Assembly (NCBI GenBank): GCA_012026655.1
Contig: JAAILG010000047.1
Coordinates: 1 to 64,000, forward strand
Direction of reading: 5' to 3'
Source of the DNA: Hydrolagus affinis
Taxonomy: Eukaryota
Length of the DNA: 64,000 nt
Shown here one piece after another: positions 1-12,792 of this stretch; position 1 is the first letter of the stretch; every line of letters starts with the position of its first letter. The notes beneath the pieces are model-generated. The model worked only from the letters and a program-made list of their open reading frames with translations. It did no database searches and was not told the origin of the DNA. Both the position numbers and the translations under genes were made by a program.

Positions 1-151
1 TTGTTGTTGTTGTTGATGCTACGAAATTGACAAGATTTAGATGATGAAAGCCCCATAATTCAATCTCATCCTCCTTGAATAAGAAACCTCACTTTCTTCC
101 CTTTAAACTTGGGAGTGCAACACCATATATACATGCTAAAATATATAGTAC

Positions 152-3100
152 CTCATGCCCTAGTCTAATAGCTGCCTCTGTAAAATTTCTTCTCTCCTTT
201 TCAAAGTTCTTTCGCTGATCATCAAATAATCTCCATTCTTCTTTCAATCGTTCCTTCTCTTCAAGCAAATAGCAATCACGCAGTAGTGCAGCTGTTTCAT
301 CATCACACTGGACATTAAGCTGTTGCTTCGGAAAGAAAATACAATTAATCTTCACAGTTAAAATGTTCGATGTTTTGATGCTTTAGGATTGCTCTTCACC
401 TCACAACAATTATGCTTCTAATCTGCAACTGCTTTCCTCTTCCTTCTGTTACATTTAGTCATTTAACAAAACAACCGCTAAAATGCTTTATGTTTAGTGC
501 AATTCTGGTTCATACAATTATCTATTGATAAGAGGACAATTCATGATACCCAAAATAAATCTCCACCTTATTACTAATTTTTTAAATATTAAAATGCTTC
601 ACATGTGCTAATATGCAGATTTTATTTCACAATTACTGAGGTTCTAAGTACTTCCACCACTATAATAGATGTTAGGCAGCAAAATGCACAAATGAAGACT
701 GTATCTAAATCCAGCTGCAAACATTTGGTTCCAAAATCTTGTGAGATATCATAATACACATGGAGTAAGCCAGGATTCAATAGAATATTTTATTCCATTA
801 CCCTTAGGCAGTAACTTCCCCCAGGAGTGAGTGGGGTGGCATCAACAACAGAATAAACTTTGCTTTGGTCACAGAAGGAGAGTATGTAATAAGCCAAATA
901 GATTCATCTCGCCCCATATTTTAGGCTCTTAATCAATGTGGCAATGGTTACTTTTGTTTGCACCAATCATTTCTCCCAGTGGTGCACAAAAAAAGACAAC
1001 AACAAATAAATACTGCAGATGTTTGACTCAGCATTCCACCTGTAAAAAATGTAAACAAGATTTTGTTCCCCACCCCCAATGGGTCAGATTATACAAATTT
1101 ATATATGTACTATATATATATCGCAGCCTTCATGTGGGTAGTTCCCAGAGCGCTTTAGTTAAATATTACCTGTAGAAGCTGTTGCTGAGCTTTGATAACA
1201 TCCCTGCATTGCTGGATTTCTAGTTTGAGTGTTTCCATCTCTTGTTCATAGTGCTCTCTGCTTATTATTTCATCACCAACCAGAAAGCCAGATTGTACCA
1301 AGGAAGCTACAATAAAGTGAAAAAGTGGCCTATTAACTCTACAATATTCGATGAATTTGAAAGGAAATAACACATTCAGTTTGTACAAATGTTGCATGAA
1401 GGCTCTTTCACTACACAGAATATATTCAAATATTTCACAATTCCTCATACTTTATACAAGTCATGGCAGACTCAGTTAATGGCACTCCTAAATAACTCAC
1501 TCCCCGCAATAAAAAAATAGCTCTGGGCACAAGAACCATTTTGCTGCTTCACAATGTAAATTTTTTTTAAACTGTATAACTTAATTTTTGCAGCCCTATA
1601 TGCATCAGTGTTTTGCAGCAATTAAACATATGTTCAGGAAGCAATCCTATACAGATTTAAATTTTTTTTAATATAAAAAGGATGTTGTAAGAATGATAAA
1701 GTATTTGCAGTTTTCTAAAATGGAGTCATTGCCACAAGGAATACATCACTAGAAGAATTTTTAAACAAATGATGGCATTATGTTCCAATTATTTAAAACA
1801 TTTACTTTGATATTCTGCAAAAAGTCAGTTAACACCAACTGTTCAAAGTAGTTCATCACCATTCAGCACATTGAATGACCAACCTGTTTAGACCCTATTG
1901 TATGTGCAGGGTATATATTATATATTAAAAAGTGAGTTTTTTAAAAAAAAAAAGGCACTTGTGCACTTTGTTTCCTTTGATCGGTTGTGCTGCCTTGCCT
2001 GAAAATAGATTTTTGGAAGTGCCAGAAAATTCTGTCACTTGCAAATTAACTTTCATTACCCAGTCAGATCATACCTTGGGAATCTAATTTCTCCACATGA
2101 TTTTTCAGCATTCTCCATTGCTGTCGAATACTATTGGTAAGTTGTTCTCTGACTACATCGCAAGACAGCTCCAATGTATTCTCTTTATTTTGTTCACGAA
2201 TATCCTCTTCATTGTCTGATTCAGCCTATGGGATTAGATGTTAAAGCTTGGTTAAATATTCTTACAATGACTTACAACAAAGCCCAAAAATAACAATGCA
2301 TTTGCCTGGGTGTATTGGTATGCAGCAGGTGAAATTATGAATTTAATAACAGTACTCTATTAAAAGGGAGTAGTCATATTAAAATTTTATAAACAAATGA
2401 ACAAACAGCAACATTTCAAACTTACTATGCCACTGCTATCTTCCGAGTTTTCCTTTGGTCTTTGTTTTCCAGGGCTAAGTATAGATATCATATCTTTTTT
2501 CATCTGCTGTAGAACTTGTTTTAGCTCCACATTTTCTATCATCAGTTCTTTATGATGTCTTTCATAGTTATTTATAATGGCTCGGTACATTTCGTTTTCA
2601 TTCCTGAACAATTATGATGGAGTTGGTGGAAGAGAAAGAGAGTGGAAGAAAAAAAGTTCAAGTATTATGAAGTGAGAAAAAAGGTTAAGTCATTTAAAAA
2701 CCTATAGTTTTTATAGGTGCATGTAGCACACTGCACTTGTCACACATAATGATTAAAGTACCTGGCTTCCGTTTTGACAGTTCTCCAAGCACTTCGTCGC
2801 CCATCAGACCTCCCCAAGTAGTTAAGGACATCAATAGCTGTTCAAAAAAGTCATACAAAAAAAAACTATTGAATAAAGACAAGTGGATAATTTACAGCAT
2901 TATCTGCTTAGCCCATTCAATAACCAGGCTTTTGATTAAGTTGGGGCTCTGTAAAAGAGATGCCTGCAAAATGATCACAAGGTGGCCAGGTAGTAGGGTC
3001 CTTCACAACTCTTATATGAGTAGCCACAACTAAATCCAGAATAAAGCACACGATTTCCACATGAGGTAGCAGAATGTTGACTACTCTATATTTTTGTCGA

Positions 3101-6100
3101 AGCAAAACCAATTAAATTATAAAAACACACAATATCTTAAAGCAATAACAGCCATTTGACAACAATTAACAGCCAAACAGAGAGTTTGTTTACTGTCAAG
3201 CATCATGCTCTAGCTGAACTGATTGCCACCTGAAATTACTGCAGCTGGGTAAGCATTTCAGCATCTCTTGCACCAGTAAGAAGTGGATAAATTACACTGC
3301 TAGTTCCACACCTCATGCAACTCATTTATACAGGTCAGAAAAATTTATGAACCTCAAGGCTATCGACAAGTATTCCATCTCAAACGTAAAGCATCAGAAG
3401 CAGAAAGTATTGCAGTCATTATCATACCCTTAGATACATCTTTAAAGGCTTCAACAAAAGCCAAAGCCATCAGTACTTTCAGAGACCATTCCACTTTTAT
3501 GTGAAAGCCAAAAATGTCTAAAAATTTGCAGTTATTCTTAATGAAGGTGCTTGTCTGCCATTCATAACCAATAAAGTATTTAAGTAAGAAATGCTCTGCC
3601 AATCTCTAAAATTTTAGGTAACACAATAGATCACACAGGAATACCAATAGAGTAAAAGCCCATTTATCTGACATCCTCGGGATCTGTCCAATGCCGGTTA
3701 AAGCACATGCCAGATATCCGGCCGAAAATACACACAAAAAAATTACATTAAAAAAATACATTGTGCCGGATAAATTCCGGTTAATCGAATGTGGACTTTT
3801 GAGGTGCCGGTTATACGGAAGTTATGGTTGATCGGGTCAAGGATAAACGGGCTTTTACTCTATATAAATAATCCTTGCTTTGGATACACCATCTTTAAAT
3901 TGGGAGTATGTGTCTCAAAGCGCTGCACATGATTTTCCTTAGATATTGGCTGAAATACAAAATGTTTTAAAACATGCACATTTTCTCCGCAATACTACAA
4001 ATTTCTACTTACATAGCTTTTTTTCTCTTTTATCCATGACAAGCTGGTGCAAACGTTCTTTGAGTTTGTTGTACTCCCGTTCTTTTCTCTTCATATCATG
4101 GTTGTATTGGGTTGCACGACTTGCTATGATATTCTGTAATTTCTGTATCTGAAAAATACACATTTGAACATTCTGGTGTAGGACAGAAAAAAAATGCATT
4201 TCCTAAATATTTACAAACTTGCAGCCAAGCCTTTCCTTCAGGATTGCAATGTACTTACCCATCAAAGATTCCAGAAAACTATAGACTAGATACCTGAATT
4301 TTTATACACAGTGTTTGAAAAATTGGCAGAATTCCCACTTAAAATTTAGGCAAAAATAAGTGCTTAAAAAAAAGGAAATATGAGACTAGCAACTGTGGAT
4401 CAACATTTTAAAAAATGTGAGAAGGGAAGTTGAACTGAAATGGACTGATGGCATTGGTATTACTCAGCTGCTGCAACAGCAGGACTAGAAAGCAATCATC
4501 TTAAAAGGAGACATGAACTCCAGCAGAAAAATTCTTTGATGCAGAATTAACCATCTTTGGGAATATATGGGAACAGTGGGAGTATTCATAACAGGTGTTT
4601 CAAGCAGACATTCCGACCAGCATCCAGAAATGAGTCATGCTGATTTCCACTCCCAAATAAATTGCATCATGGTGGAGTTCCTGTGGTTCAGGGTGATGCA
4701 CATCTAGCTAATCGGTGTGTTGGTGGGTGAGAGTCCAGTCACAACATTTTAGATCCCAATATCTTAAATTAATCTACCAGACCAGTTGTAAAGAGAATTA
4801 GTTCAATCCACATTGAAGATTTCTGTTTTGAATTTTTTCTTAAAAACTCCTACACATACATTAAGGAGAAAGTAGCAACACAAGTAATGGCAATCTAATA
4901 ATTTCACTGGAGAATCAGAGAAAACATGCATCAGTCCTTACTTCCTCCTTTTCACTTTTCAGTAAACTGTGTAAACTTCTGTTCTTCAGTTGCAATTGCC
5001 GGTCCTTTTCTTGAAAGGATTTGACCTCCCTATGAGAGGACTCAAGCTGATCCTAAAAGAGAGAAGTCATGTTACATGACCAATACAATTAATGCCATTC
5101 TAAAAAGTATTTACTGATTGGAAAATAATTTACAAATATTACTACAAGTTCCCACAACCTATCATGACACAGATTATACATATACATCCCACAGAGTAAA
5201 TTAGGCAGATAGTGAGGAGAAATTCTAACTGGACAAAATACTCTTCACTGTGTGAGGGCTTTTTACACATTTCCCAGGTACCATTTGAGAGCAGGAATTG
5301 CAGAATGAGACCGCTTTTTAAAGTTATAAATAATAATCTTTGCCTTTGGTATAGTTCCTTTCACATCAGAAGGATGCCCAAAGTGCTACACAGGTTTTGC
5401 TGTGAAGTGATTTTGTACTCGTCAGTGTACACAGCAGCCTAACTGCTCACAGCAATGACCCACAAACAGCAATGAAAAAAAATGAACAATTTTATTTGGG
5501 GATGATCAGCTAGGTCACTGGGAGAAACTCCCCTTGCGTTTCGATAAGTGGATCTTTAGCGTCCACTTAAACAAGCAGACAGGACCTTGGTTTAACATCT
5601 CATGGCACCTCTGACAATGTAGCACCCCGTCAGCACTACATTGGGCTATCACCTTAGACTATGTGGGTTCTTGTCCCAAAGTAAGGTTCAAACCCACAAT
5701 CTTCCGACTCAGAAGTCAGTGCTACCAGTGAGTTGACTGGAGAAATAGAGGACTTTCAAAAATCACACAGTTGAACACTAAGCATCCACCCTCCAACTAC
5801 CTGCATCAGGTTAAGATAACCAGGGCAAGGCCGTGGAGGGCCTTAAAAGTGAGGACAAGGATCTTTAATTTGAAGATTAAGTGGCAATTAAGGGAGTAAC
5901 TAAACATGCGTAGCATTTATATTCACATGGGCTGGTCAAATTAGTGTGGATGTTGACTCTCTACTGATTTGAGTTCATAAGTTAAAAGTTAAAATTAAAC
6001 CGTGCCCATACAACTATGAGAATGTCATTAAATACAGAACTGCATTTCATGATGAGGTTACAGATCAGTCACAAGTTCTTTTCAACAAAGGCAGCTGCAG

Positions 6101-9100
6101 AGTGTGTTCAGCTGCCAGACTGATTCTGCTTATACAGCAAACAAAATCATTTATGAAGAATTCAGAAATGCAAAAGTAATCCAATTGAGAATATCTGTAC
6201 ATATGGAAAAGGACTGTAGTGTTCCATCAAAGATCTGCCATTGCTCTGACATGAAGATCATCTACTAACAAAGCTAATACAATTTGATACATTACCTTTA
6301 GCTTAAGTTGGCAATGTTGCAAATGGTCCAGATCACTACTAGACTTCAGATGTTGGGTTTCCAGATCTTCTAGTGTACGGAGACTTCTGCGATTAAGCTG
6401 AAGTAGATCATACATACAATTCACAATAGCCACCAGGTTTAGTTCCTTTTGTGCCTCTTCATTATAAAATGATGTCAAACCCATGGAAGTAAGCTCCTAG
6501 AATATTGAGAGGATCAAATCAAATACTGCACTAAGTTAATTTTTTTTTTAAAAGTAGTAAATATAAAAATCAAATAATAATAAATAATAATTTGTGTATT
6601 TTATACAGCGCTTCTTCACGTCTTCTAGAAGTCTCAAAGCGTTTCACAGAATATACTGTAAAGTGAATTGATTTGTGGGCAAAACATGCTTCACATAATA
6701 GTAATGCATCACATAATAGTAATAATTCTTGCATTTGATAAAGCACCTTATCACATTTTCAAGATGTTTCAAAGCACTTCAGAATATACTGTAAAGTGAA
6801 TTTGACTTCACATTTTGTGGGAAAAACATAGCAGACTATTGAGCACAGCAGTGACCCACAAATAATCATGAATTGAAGTGACCAATTTCTTTTTTTTTAA
6901 AAAAAAGGAATTATTAGCCCCAGAAAAGCGATCTGCCAATCGACTAATAATCGGGTTCCAACTTACTGCTGTGGAGTTAGGAAACTTTCCCAATACTTTG
7001 CCCTACTGAGAATCAAACACAATTCTAACGATTTAGGACATAAAGTATTAGCTTTTAGCAATTCTTCTTGCAAAAATTGAATAATTGCATAGATGTTTAA
7101 TCTGATAATGTCAAACTCAAGATTTAAAATATCAGTTATAAAAGTTTGCTGAAGGCTAATAGACAACAACAACAAAATTACATTTGTATAGCGCCTTTCA
7201 CGTCAGGAGGACGTCCCAAGGCGCTGGACAGTTACTGCTTCATAACATAAAATGCAAGCTTACCAAATAAACCAAACAGGTATGGTTGCTTACAATGGGA
7301 GAAAGAGGGTCTATGATAGATGAACAATAAAATGAACCTAACATTCAGAGTTCACAATGAGGTCAATCCATTTACCCAGGTCGCTAAAGGTATTTCAACC
7401 AAAAAAGGGAAATCTTAATGGATTCCATCATTCTAGAAATGTCCCCCTTCCCTCCACAATAATGTCCTTTCCCCAATAAATGCAAACTCTAAAATGTTCA
7501 AACAGTATTAAAATTGCTCACCTGATTGAGATATGATATACATTGCTTCACATTCGCATTTGTGCAAAACAAACCAAAATTGTTACTAACATTAAGAGAT
7601 TCAGGCAGTGGATATTGCAATACTGAATCAGAGTTGACAGAGGGAGACATTCTTGACCTGGATGTGTAGCGAAAAATAAATTCTTTGCTGTCTGTTGGAG
7701 AAGAGAAAGAGAGAAACGTTATTCTTTTGTGCGTAACAAAGTCATTAATCTTTGTCTCCTTGTACAACGGCCCACCATCTGAGGTCCCTGCACAGCAGCT
7801 CATCTTCTAACGTTTTAAACTTCATTCACTACTTCAACAACCTAGTTTACACACACCGATTTGGCACAAATATAAACAAAACATTGTGGTACTTACAATA
7901 AACTGCAATCAGACTTAACTAAAATCTTGAACATTTCTCCTACCGCATCAACTACTGTACAATCAATCACTACAGGTTAATAATTAATCTCACCCCCACC
8001 AGTTCTGTATAGTTTTCAAAAATAAACCAGTGGAAGTATTCACTTGTACAGAAAACGGTAGCACTATTTGTGCCCGTTGAATCCCGAGCTCAAATCTACA
8101 TAAATAATACCCGAGATATCAGTGATGGACAGACTTGAACAGATTACCGGTAGATTTACTACATCCATCTGTATAAGTCACACCACAGATTTGCTCAAAG
8201 CCTATTTTAGAAATTACGTCTGAGCACAAGAAGCAGCTAGGAATTTTAGCATTTTACAATATAATTATCATTGATTAGCTGCACAAGGTTTGAGACTAGC
8301 TGGTGAGTATTACAGCCTATTATCAATGTTTAAAAATTACTCAGAACAGCAAATGATTACTTAAAAATCACCAAATCTATCTGATATCCCCTGGTAAAGA
8401 CTAAACATCACCAAAGCATAAACCTAAATCACAGGAAGTTCAGTATTAGGGTTAATTTCTCTATTATAACTGGCAACTGAGACATCAGGTCTTGAGTATC
8501 CTTAACCAAACCTGTATTTTCACATGCTGAAGCCAATGTAACAAGTGAAACTGAATTAATTTAAATCTTAAACCAACAGATGGCTGCTCCCATGGTTTAA
8601 AGTGGATTTCAATAAAGATTAACATTGTCTAAACTGCTAAAGCAAGTTGTGTCAACCCACAACATAGACAGCACAGGCAAATTTAAAAAATGAACAAAGG
8701 CAAACTGAATCTGTAGATAGATATCAATATTTTAGTTAAGTTAATGTTCAAATTATTTTGCCATTTTCCTGTAAATATATTAGTTCAATAGTTTTGGTAA
8801 TGCATTCCACTATGAAATATAAAAACTTTAAATGACAGAAACACTACTTTTACCATTTACATTTAATATCTAACAATTTAAAGACATCGTAAAAAGATAG
8901 TTAAGCAGAATAATCACAAATTCAAAACACCTGTACACCATATATGAGAAGGTGGGAATACACTATTGACATCAGCATCTGACAGCCATAGTTTGTTGGA
9001 CAAGCATAACTCGGGTCTCAAATTCTAATATTCCAAAGACAGTATAATAAAGATATTTCTAAGCTTCAATATGCCTATGCTCTTATTCTATAAAGCATTT

Positions 9101-9149
9101 GCATACCTGGTGATGGTTCTGGCATAGTTATAGCTTTCCAATCTCCCAT
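152..9149 (-). CDS. SSX2IP: Afadin- and alpha-actinin-binding protein (ADIP/SSX2IP/Msd1), 5' ten coding exons; gene continues off the left edge
   Basis: GT-AG exons with matching phases: 9149-9107 ([14 protein letters not shown]), 7691-7522, 6496-6296, 5052-4942, 4148-4013 ([37 protein letters not shown]), 2837-2762, 2603-2426, 2225-2075 ([29 protein letters not shown]), 1306-1170, 325-152 ([18 protein letters not shown]...[11 protein letters not shown]). Peptides match vertebrate SSX2IP as I recall it; synteny with LPAR3/MCOLN2 agrees. Confidence 0.96.
3650..3860. mobile_element. Tigger/pogo-like MITE (~211 bp) in an SSX2IP intron
   Basis: Terminal inverted repeats GAGTAAAAGCCCATTTATC ... 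GATAAACGGGCTTTTACTC, flanked by TA on both sides (3648-49, 3861-62); internal CCGGTTAA/CCGGATAA sub-repeats. Confidence 0.75.
5330..5732 (-). mobile_element. Deu-domain SINE (SacSINE/AmnSINE-like), old near-complete copy
   Basis: Deu-core-like motifs (cagcaatgacccacaaacagcaatg; gatctttagcgtccac; ttggtttaacatctca; ggcacctctgacaatgtagcac), with a tRNA-like head near 5690-5730 and an L2-type tail near 5335. Boundaries approximate. Confidence 0.65.
6577..7000 (-). mobile_element. Two adjacent truncated copies of the abundant tRNA-derived SINE
   Basis: Repeated (aat)n-cttgcatttgata..gcgc..tttcac...tctcaaagcg.ttcacagaatatactgtaaagtgaattgac body, seen more than 12 times in the window. Confidence 0.7.
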
Positions 9150-10171
9150 AGCAACGGGGCAGCCAAAATACATGCACAAGCAGTTCAGCTGCAACAGACA
9201 ACTGACTGAAATAAATGTTTCTATGCAGGAAGCACCTAAAAATAGAAAGGCAGAACATTTTAAATTGACGGTATCTATAAAACAACAGATTAAGCTGACA
9301 GTGCAATGTCATTATCAAGATTAGATTCTGGAATATATTCTTTCACGGTGTAGCCACAAATTACAGATTCTCCTTAGGAGATCCAAGATTACCAAGGCTT
9401 ATTACCCTCTCATATTTTAAAAAAAATCATCTGGCCATAAAGAATTAAAATTTGGTGATAATAAGGCAATGATGTTCTCCAGACCTTGCAAGGCTATTTT
9501 GGTCAGGCAATATCCTTCCATTCTGCTGTGCAAGCTAGTTACTGCTCATCATTCAATCTTGGCCTTTGACCACCAGCAACAACAAAATGTACAGCACTTT
9601 TCACATTGGAACGACATCCCAATGCGCTGAGACCAGGTGAAACAATAAATAAAAGTTGAAACCCAAAAGATCTAAGCAGCACAAGATTAGAATTGTCTGT
9701 GGAGCCTGTCCTTTTAAAAAAAAACAAGGAAGTCCATACTTAAAATGTACAAAATTGGATTCCTCCTCATTCAGCTTCCATTTACAAATCAAGGTCACCC
9801 CATAGTAGAGAACCAGAAGCAAATTCTCAAAAAAACTGAAGAAATACAGTACCCAAGCACTTGGCCTAACCCTGAATGTTCTTAAAGAGCTCTGAGATGC
9901 TACCTGGGATGGAAGGTGCTCTACAAGTGCAAGTTATTGTAGTTGTAGAGTTGACGGTCATTCCATGAACAATAGCCATTTTATAGTTCTTGAACATGCT
10001 AAATATATCCTGTCGCCGGTCAACAACTCTCTAATGCATTATACATGACCTAAAGCAGCTCTTTCAAGGATTGTCATCAATTGTGTGGTGCTTTATCAGT
10101 TGCTATAGTACTGTGTGAAAAATACAAACTTCTAGTTCCCTTCGTATAGTTCTTTTCTTTTAAATAAAACC

Positions 10172-10322
10172 ATGACTGTTCATGGGACACTGCTGTGCAC
10201 AATTGGTTGCCGCATGTCGCCCACAAATATACAGTCAATTCACTTTACAGTATATTCTGTGAAGCACTTTGAGGCGTCTAAAAGATGTGAAAAGCAATAT
10301 AGCAAATGCTAGGATTATTGTT
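10172..10322 (+). mobile_element. 5'-truncated SINE copy
   Basis: gactgttcatgggacactgctgtgcacaattgg...aaatatacagtcaattcactttacagtatattctgtgaag...aaatgctaggattatt. Confidence 0.7.
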
Positions 10323-11689
10323 ACAGTACAAAATGATTTGGCTTCCAATAATAAGTATGTACCATTTAATTGAGCCGTAACTATTATACGACTATAAGTA
10401 AGTTAACGTTACACTATTTTAAACTTACTCCACATACCATGGATTGACAATATAACCGAATTACAAGGGTAAAGATAGGTAGACATCTATCCCTTTAGAA
10501 GATTTCAGGCAGTAACTAATACAACCTCCCAGTCTCTACAACAGGGAGAGAAAAAAGAATTAAACTATATACAGAAACAAATTATGTTTTAATGATCTAA
10601 TAAATATATTTTCATAAATCAGTCAAGATCAAGTGACAAAAAGAATGACATAACTTCCTTTAAACAAAAAACAAATATTATAACCAAAGCAGAGGCTTTC
10701 CTTTTCTTCCCTTAAATAGTATGCATATTTTCAGAGAATGGTCAAGACATTTCATTCATAGAACACATTAATTTGCATTGAAATAGATTCCAATGGTGTA
10801 ACTGCAAGTCAATTTTCTTCTTGGTATCATATGTATATCTTAATTAATTCAAGTGAACTTGAAAGAATAAGACGTTGGCCTGAAGATCTAATTGACCTAA
10901 AATCCCGAATTAAAGGTCCCTCTGAAACTCAATGGATTGAATAAAATGCACAAAATACAAGACCTTCCTCTTTGACTGTGCCTTAGGTCATCTTCCCACA
11001 CCACCCCTCAACGCCAGATGGAACAAAATGAAAACTTACTCATCTCAAATGAACAACAACAAATTATAGGCATTTCCACCAATTTAAGACAAGCAAAATA
11101 TTCAAAAGTCTACATTAATCATGAGAGCCGTTGGCAAGTTTGTAAATGCAGTACTACATTGCATTTTTATAATGCAACACTTGCAACTTGCACCGACAAC
11201 CACAGAATTGTGACTATGTAAAGTAAGGAAAACGCAATCTATAGTAAACCTGGAAAATCTTCAAAAGCTCCAGTGTAAAAGCTGTGAACACGACGGCCTA
11301 ATTTACCTATGGGACGTGATCCCCTCCAACGCAAGTGGTTCAAAATCTCTTTACTGCTTTTACGTCTTTTGGTTGAGTAATCTCTCGGCGCAGACGGCTG
11401 GCTGCATTATCTATGAAGCACACAGCTCCCGACCCCTCTGCCTCAACTCACTGCAGATCTCAGTGGGAGTGACTTTCAATAAGGGCGACACAAATTCACT
11501 GGAAACTCGAATCTCAATTCCAAAAGCGTTGCAAGGTCGTCTTTTATTTCAAACAGAAATGTCGGTGAATCCGTTTTTAAACGTAATAATAATAATAATA
11601 CGTACATTGCACCAGTGTTTCCCAGAAATGCGTCGCTGTTTTTTTTTGTGTTGCCGTTTATTTAACGTCTGCTGTTGCCCCCCCCCCAC

Positions 11690-12660
11690 ACTCCCCAGTT
11701 TAGCCCCAAGTCAGTAAAGAACCCCAGGTTAAGAGAACATCCATTGAGTCCCCCCCCCCCCACCCCCTCAACAGTGCGGGCTCGAGTCCGAGTCAATCGC
11801 ACAAGCTTCCAGCGCCATGTGAGAAAACACTTGTTACGTCTCCTTTGCACTTCAGCAGGGAAATGAGCCACCCGAGAGGGGGTGGGGGGGAGGGAGGGAG
11901 AGGAGGGTAAGTGTGGAAACCACACTGCCAACTTAACGCAGAGCAGCCCGCAAACATGAACAATAATAATAATAACAAAAACAACAAGCCGCGAACACAC
12001 ACACACTCACGCACGCACATAGAGACAGGGGGAGTGTTGGCGGGGGGGGGGGAGGGAAGGATAGAAAGTTAGTACCTTTGCTGAAGGTGGGTGCAATACT
12101 CTCACACAGCCGAGATGAGCTGAGTCAGGCCCGCTTTATTGGGGCTGACAGTGTAAAGGTTCCTCCCCCCACCCCCGCCGCTGATAACGGCGGCCAGGAG
12201 TCAGTGAGGAGGAGGAGGAGACCGGATCCTTCAGCAGGTGACACACTCCCCGCGGCGCTGCCGCTCAACTGTACACATGACAACCTCCTAAGCCCCCACC
12301 CCGGGGGGAGCTCGCACTACATGACCTGTGGGGCCGGCCGGTGTGTGTGTGTGTGAGAGAGAGAGAGTGAGACCCCTCGGCTCAGATTAAACCACTCGGT
12401 GCCGTTGACACGTTAAACCCTTCCTTCCTCACCGGCTCCTTCACGGTTTGAAGTCCCGACTCCGGCGCTTTACCCTAACGCGGCCGCTGATTGGTTGCTG
12501 CGGTTGATCGGCAACAAGGAAGCGTCGCATTTATTGGTCAAGAGGTTGAGGGCGGGTGGGTGAGGAGGGGTGGGGGGGGAGAGAGAGAGGAGCGGACGCT
12601 GGAGCCGCAACGTGCATCAGCAGCACGTGACCCCGGGAGGGAAACTGTACCACTGTCTGT
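11690..12660 (-). promoter_or_regulatory. SSX2IP: CpG/GC-rich promoter and non-coding first exon(s) of SSX2IP
   Basis: Strongly CpG-rich island upstream of the first coding exon. Two CCAAT boxes on the minus strand (ATTGG at ~12490 and ~12533), GC-box-like GGGCGGG at ~12550, E-box CACGTG at 12624-12629. Candidate donors CCG|GTGAGG (exon end 12433) and AAG|GTACTA (exon end 12076); acceptor of the ATG exon at 9235. Confidence 0.7.
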
Positions 12661-12678
12661 AACACAGCAGCAACACCT

Positions 12679-12792
12679 GACACTGACCCACCCCACACAC
12701 AACCAGAGCCAGACACTGATACCCACACAACCACAGCCAGACACTGATACCCACACAACCACAGCCAGACTATATATATATATATATATAAT
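12679..12792. repeat. 28-bp tandem repeat (~3 units) followed by (TA)n
   Basis: Unit gacactgatacccacacaaccacagcca starts at 12712 and 12740, with a partial unit at 12768 and a degenerate one at ~12679; (TA)n at 12771-12792. Confidence 0.85.

Noticed and set aside
12679-12770. CRISPR-like 28-bp repeats
   Set aside because: The units are directly adjacent with no spacers, in a vertebrate context. This is a simple minisatellite.
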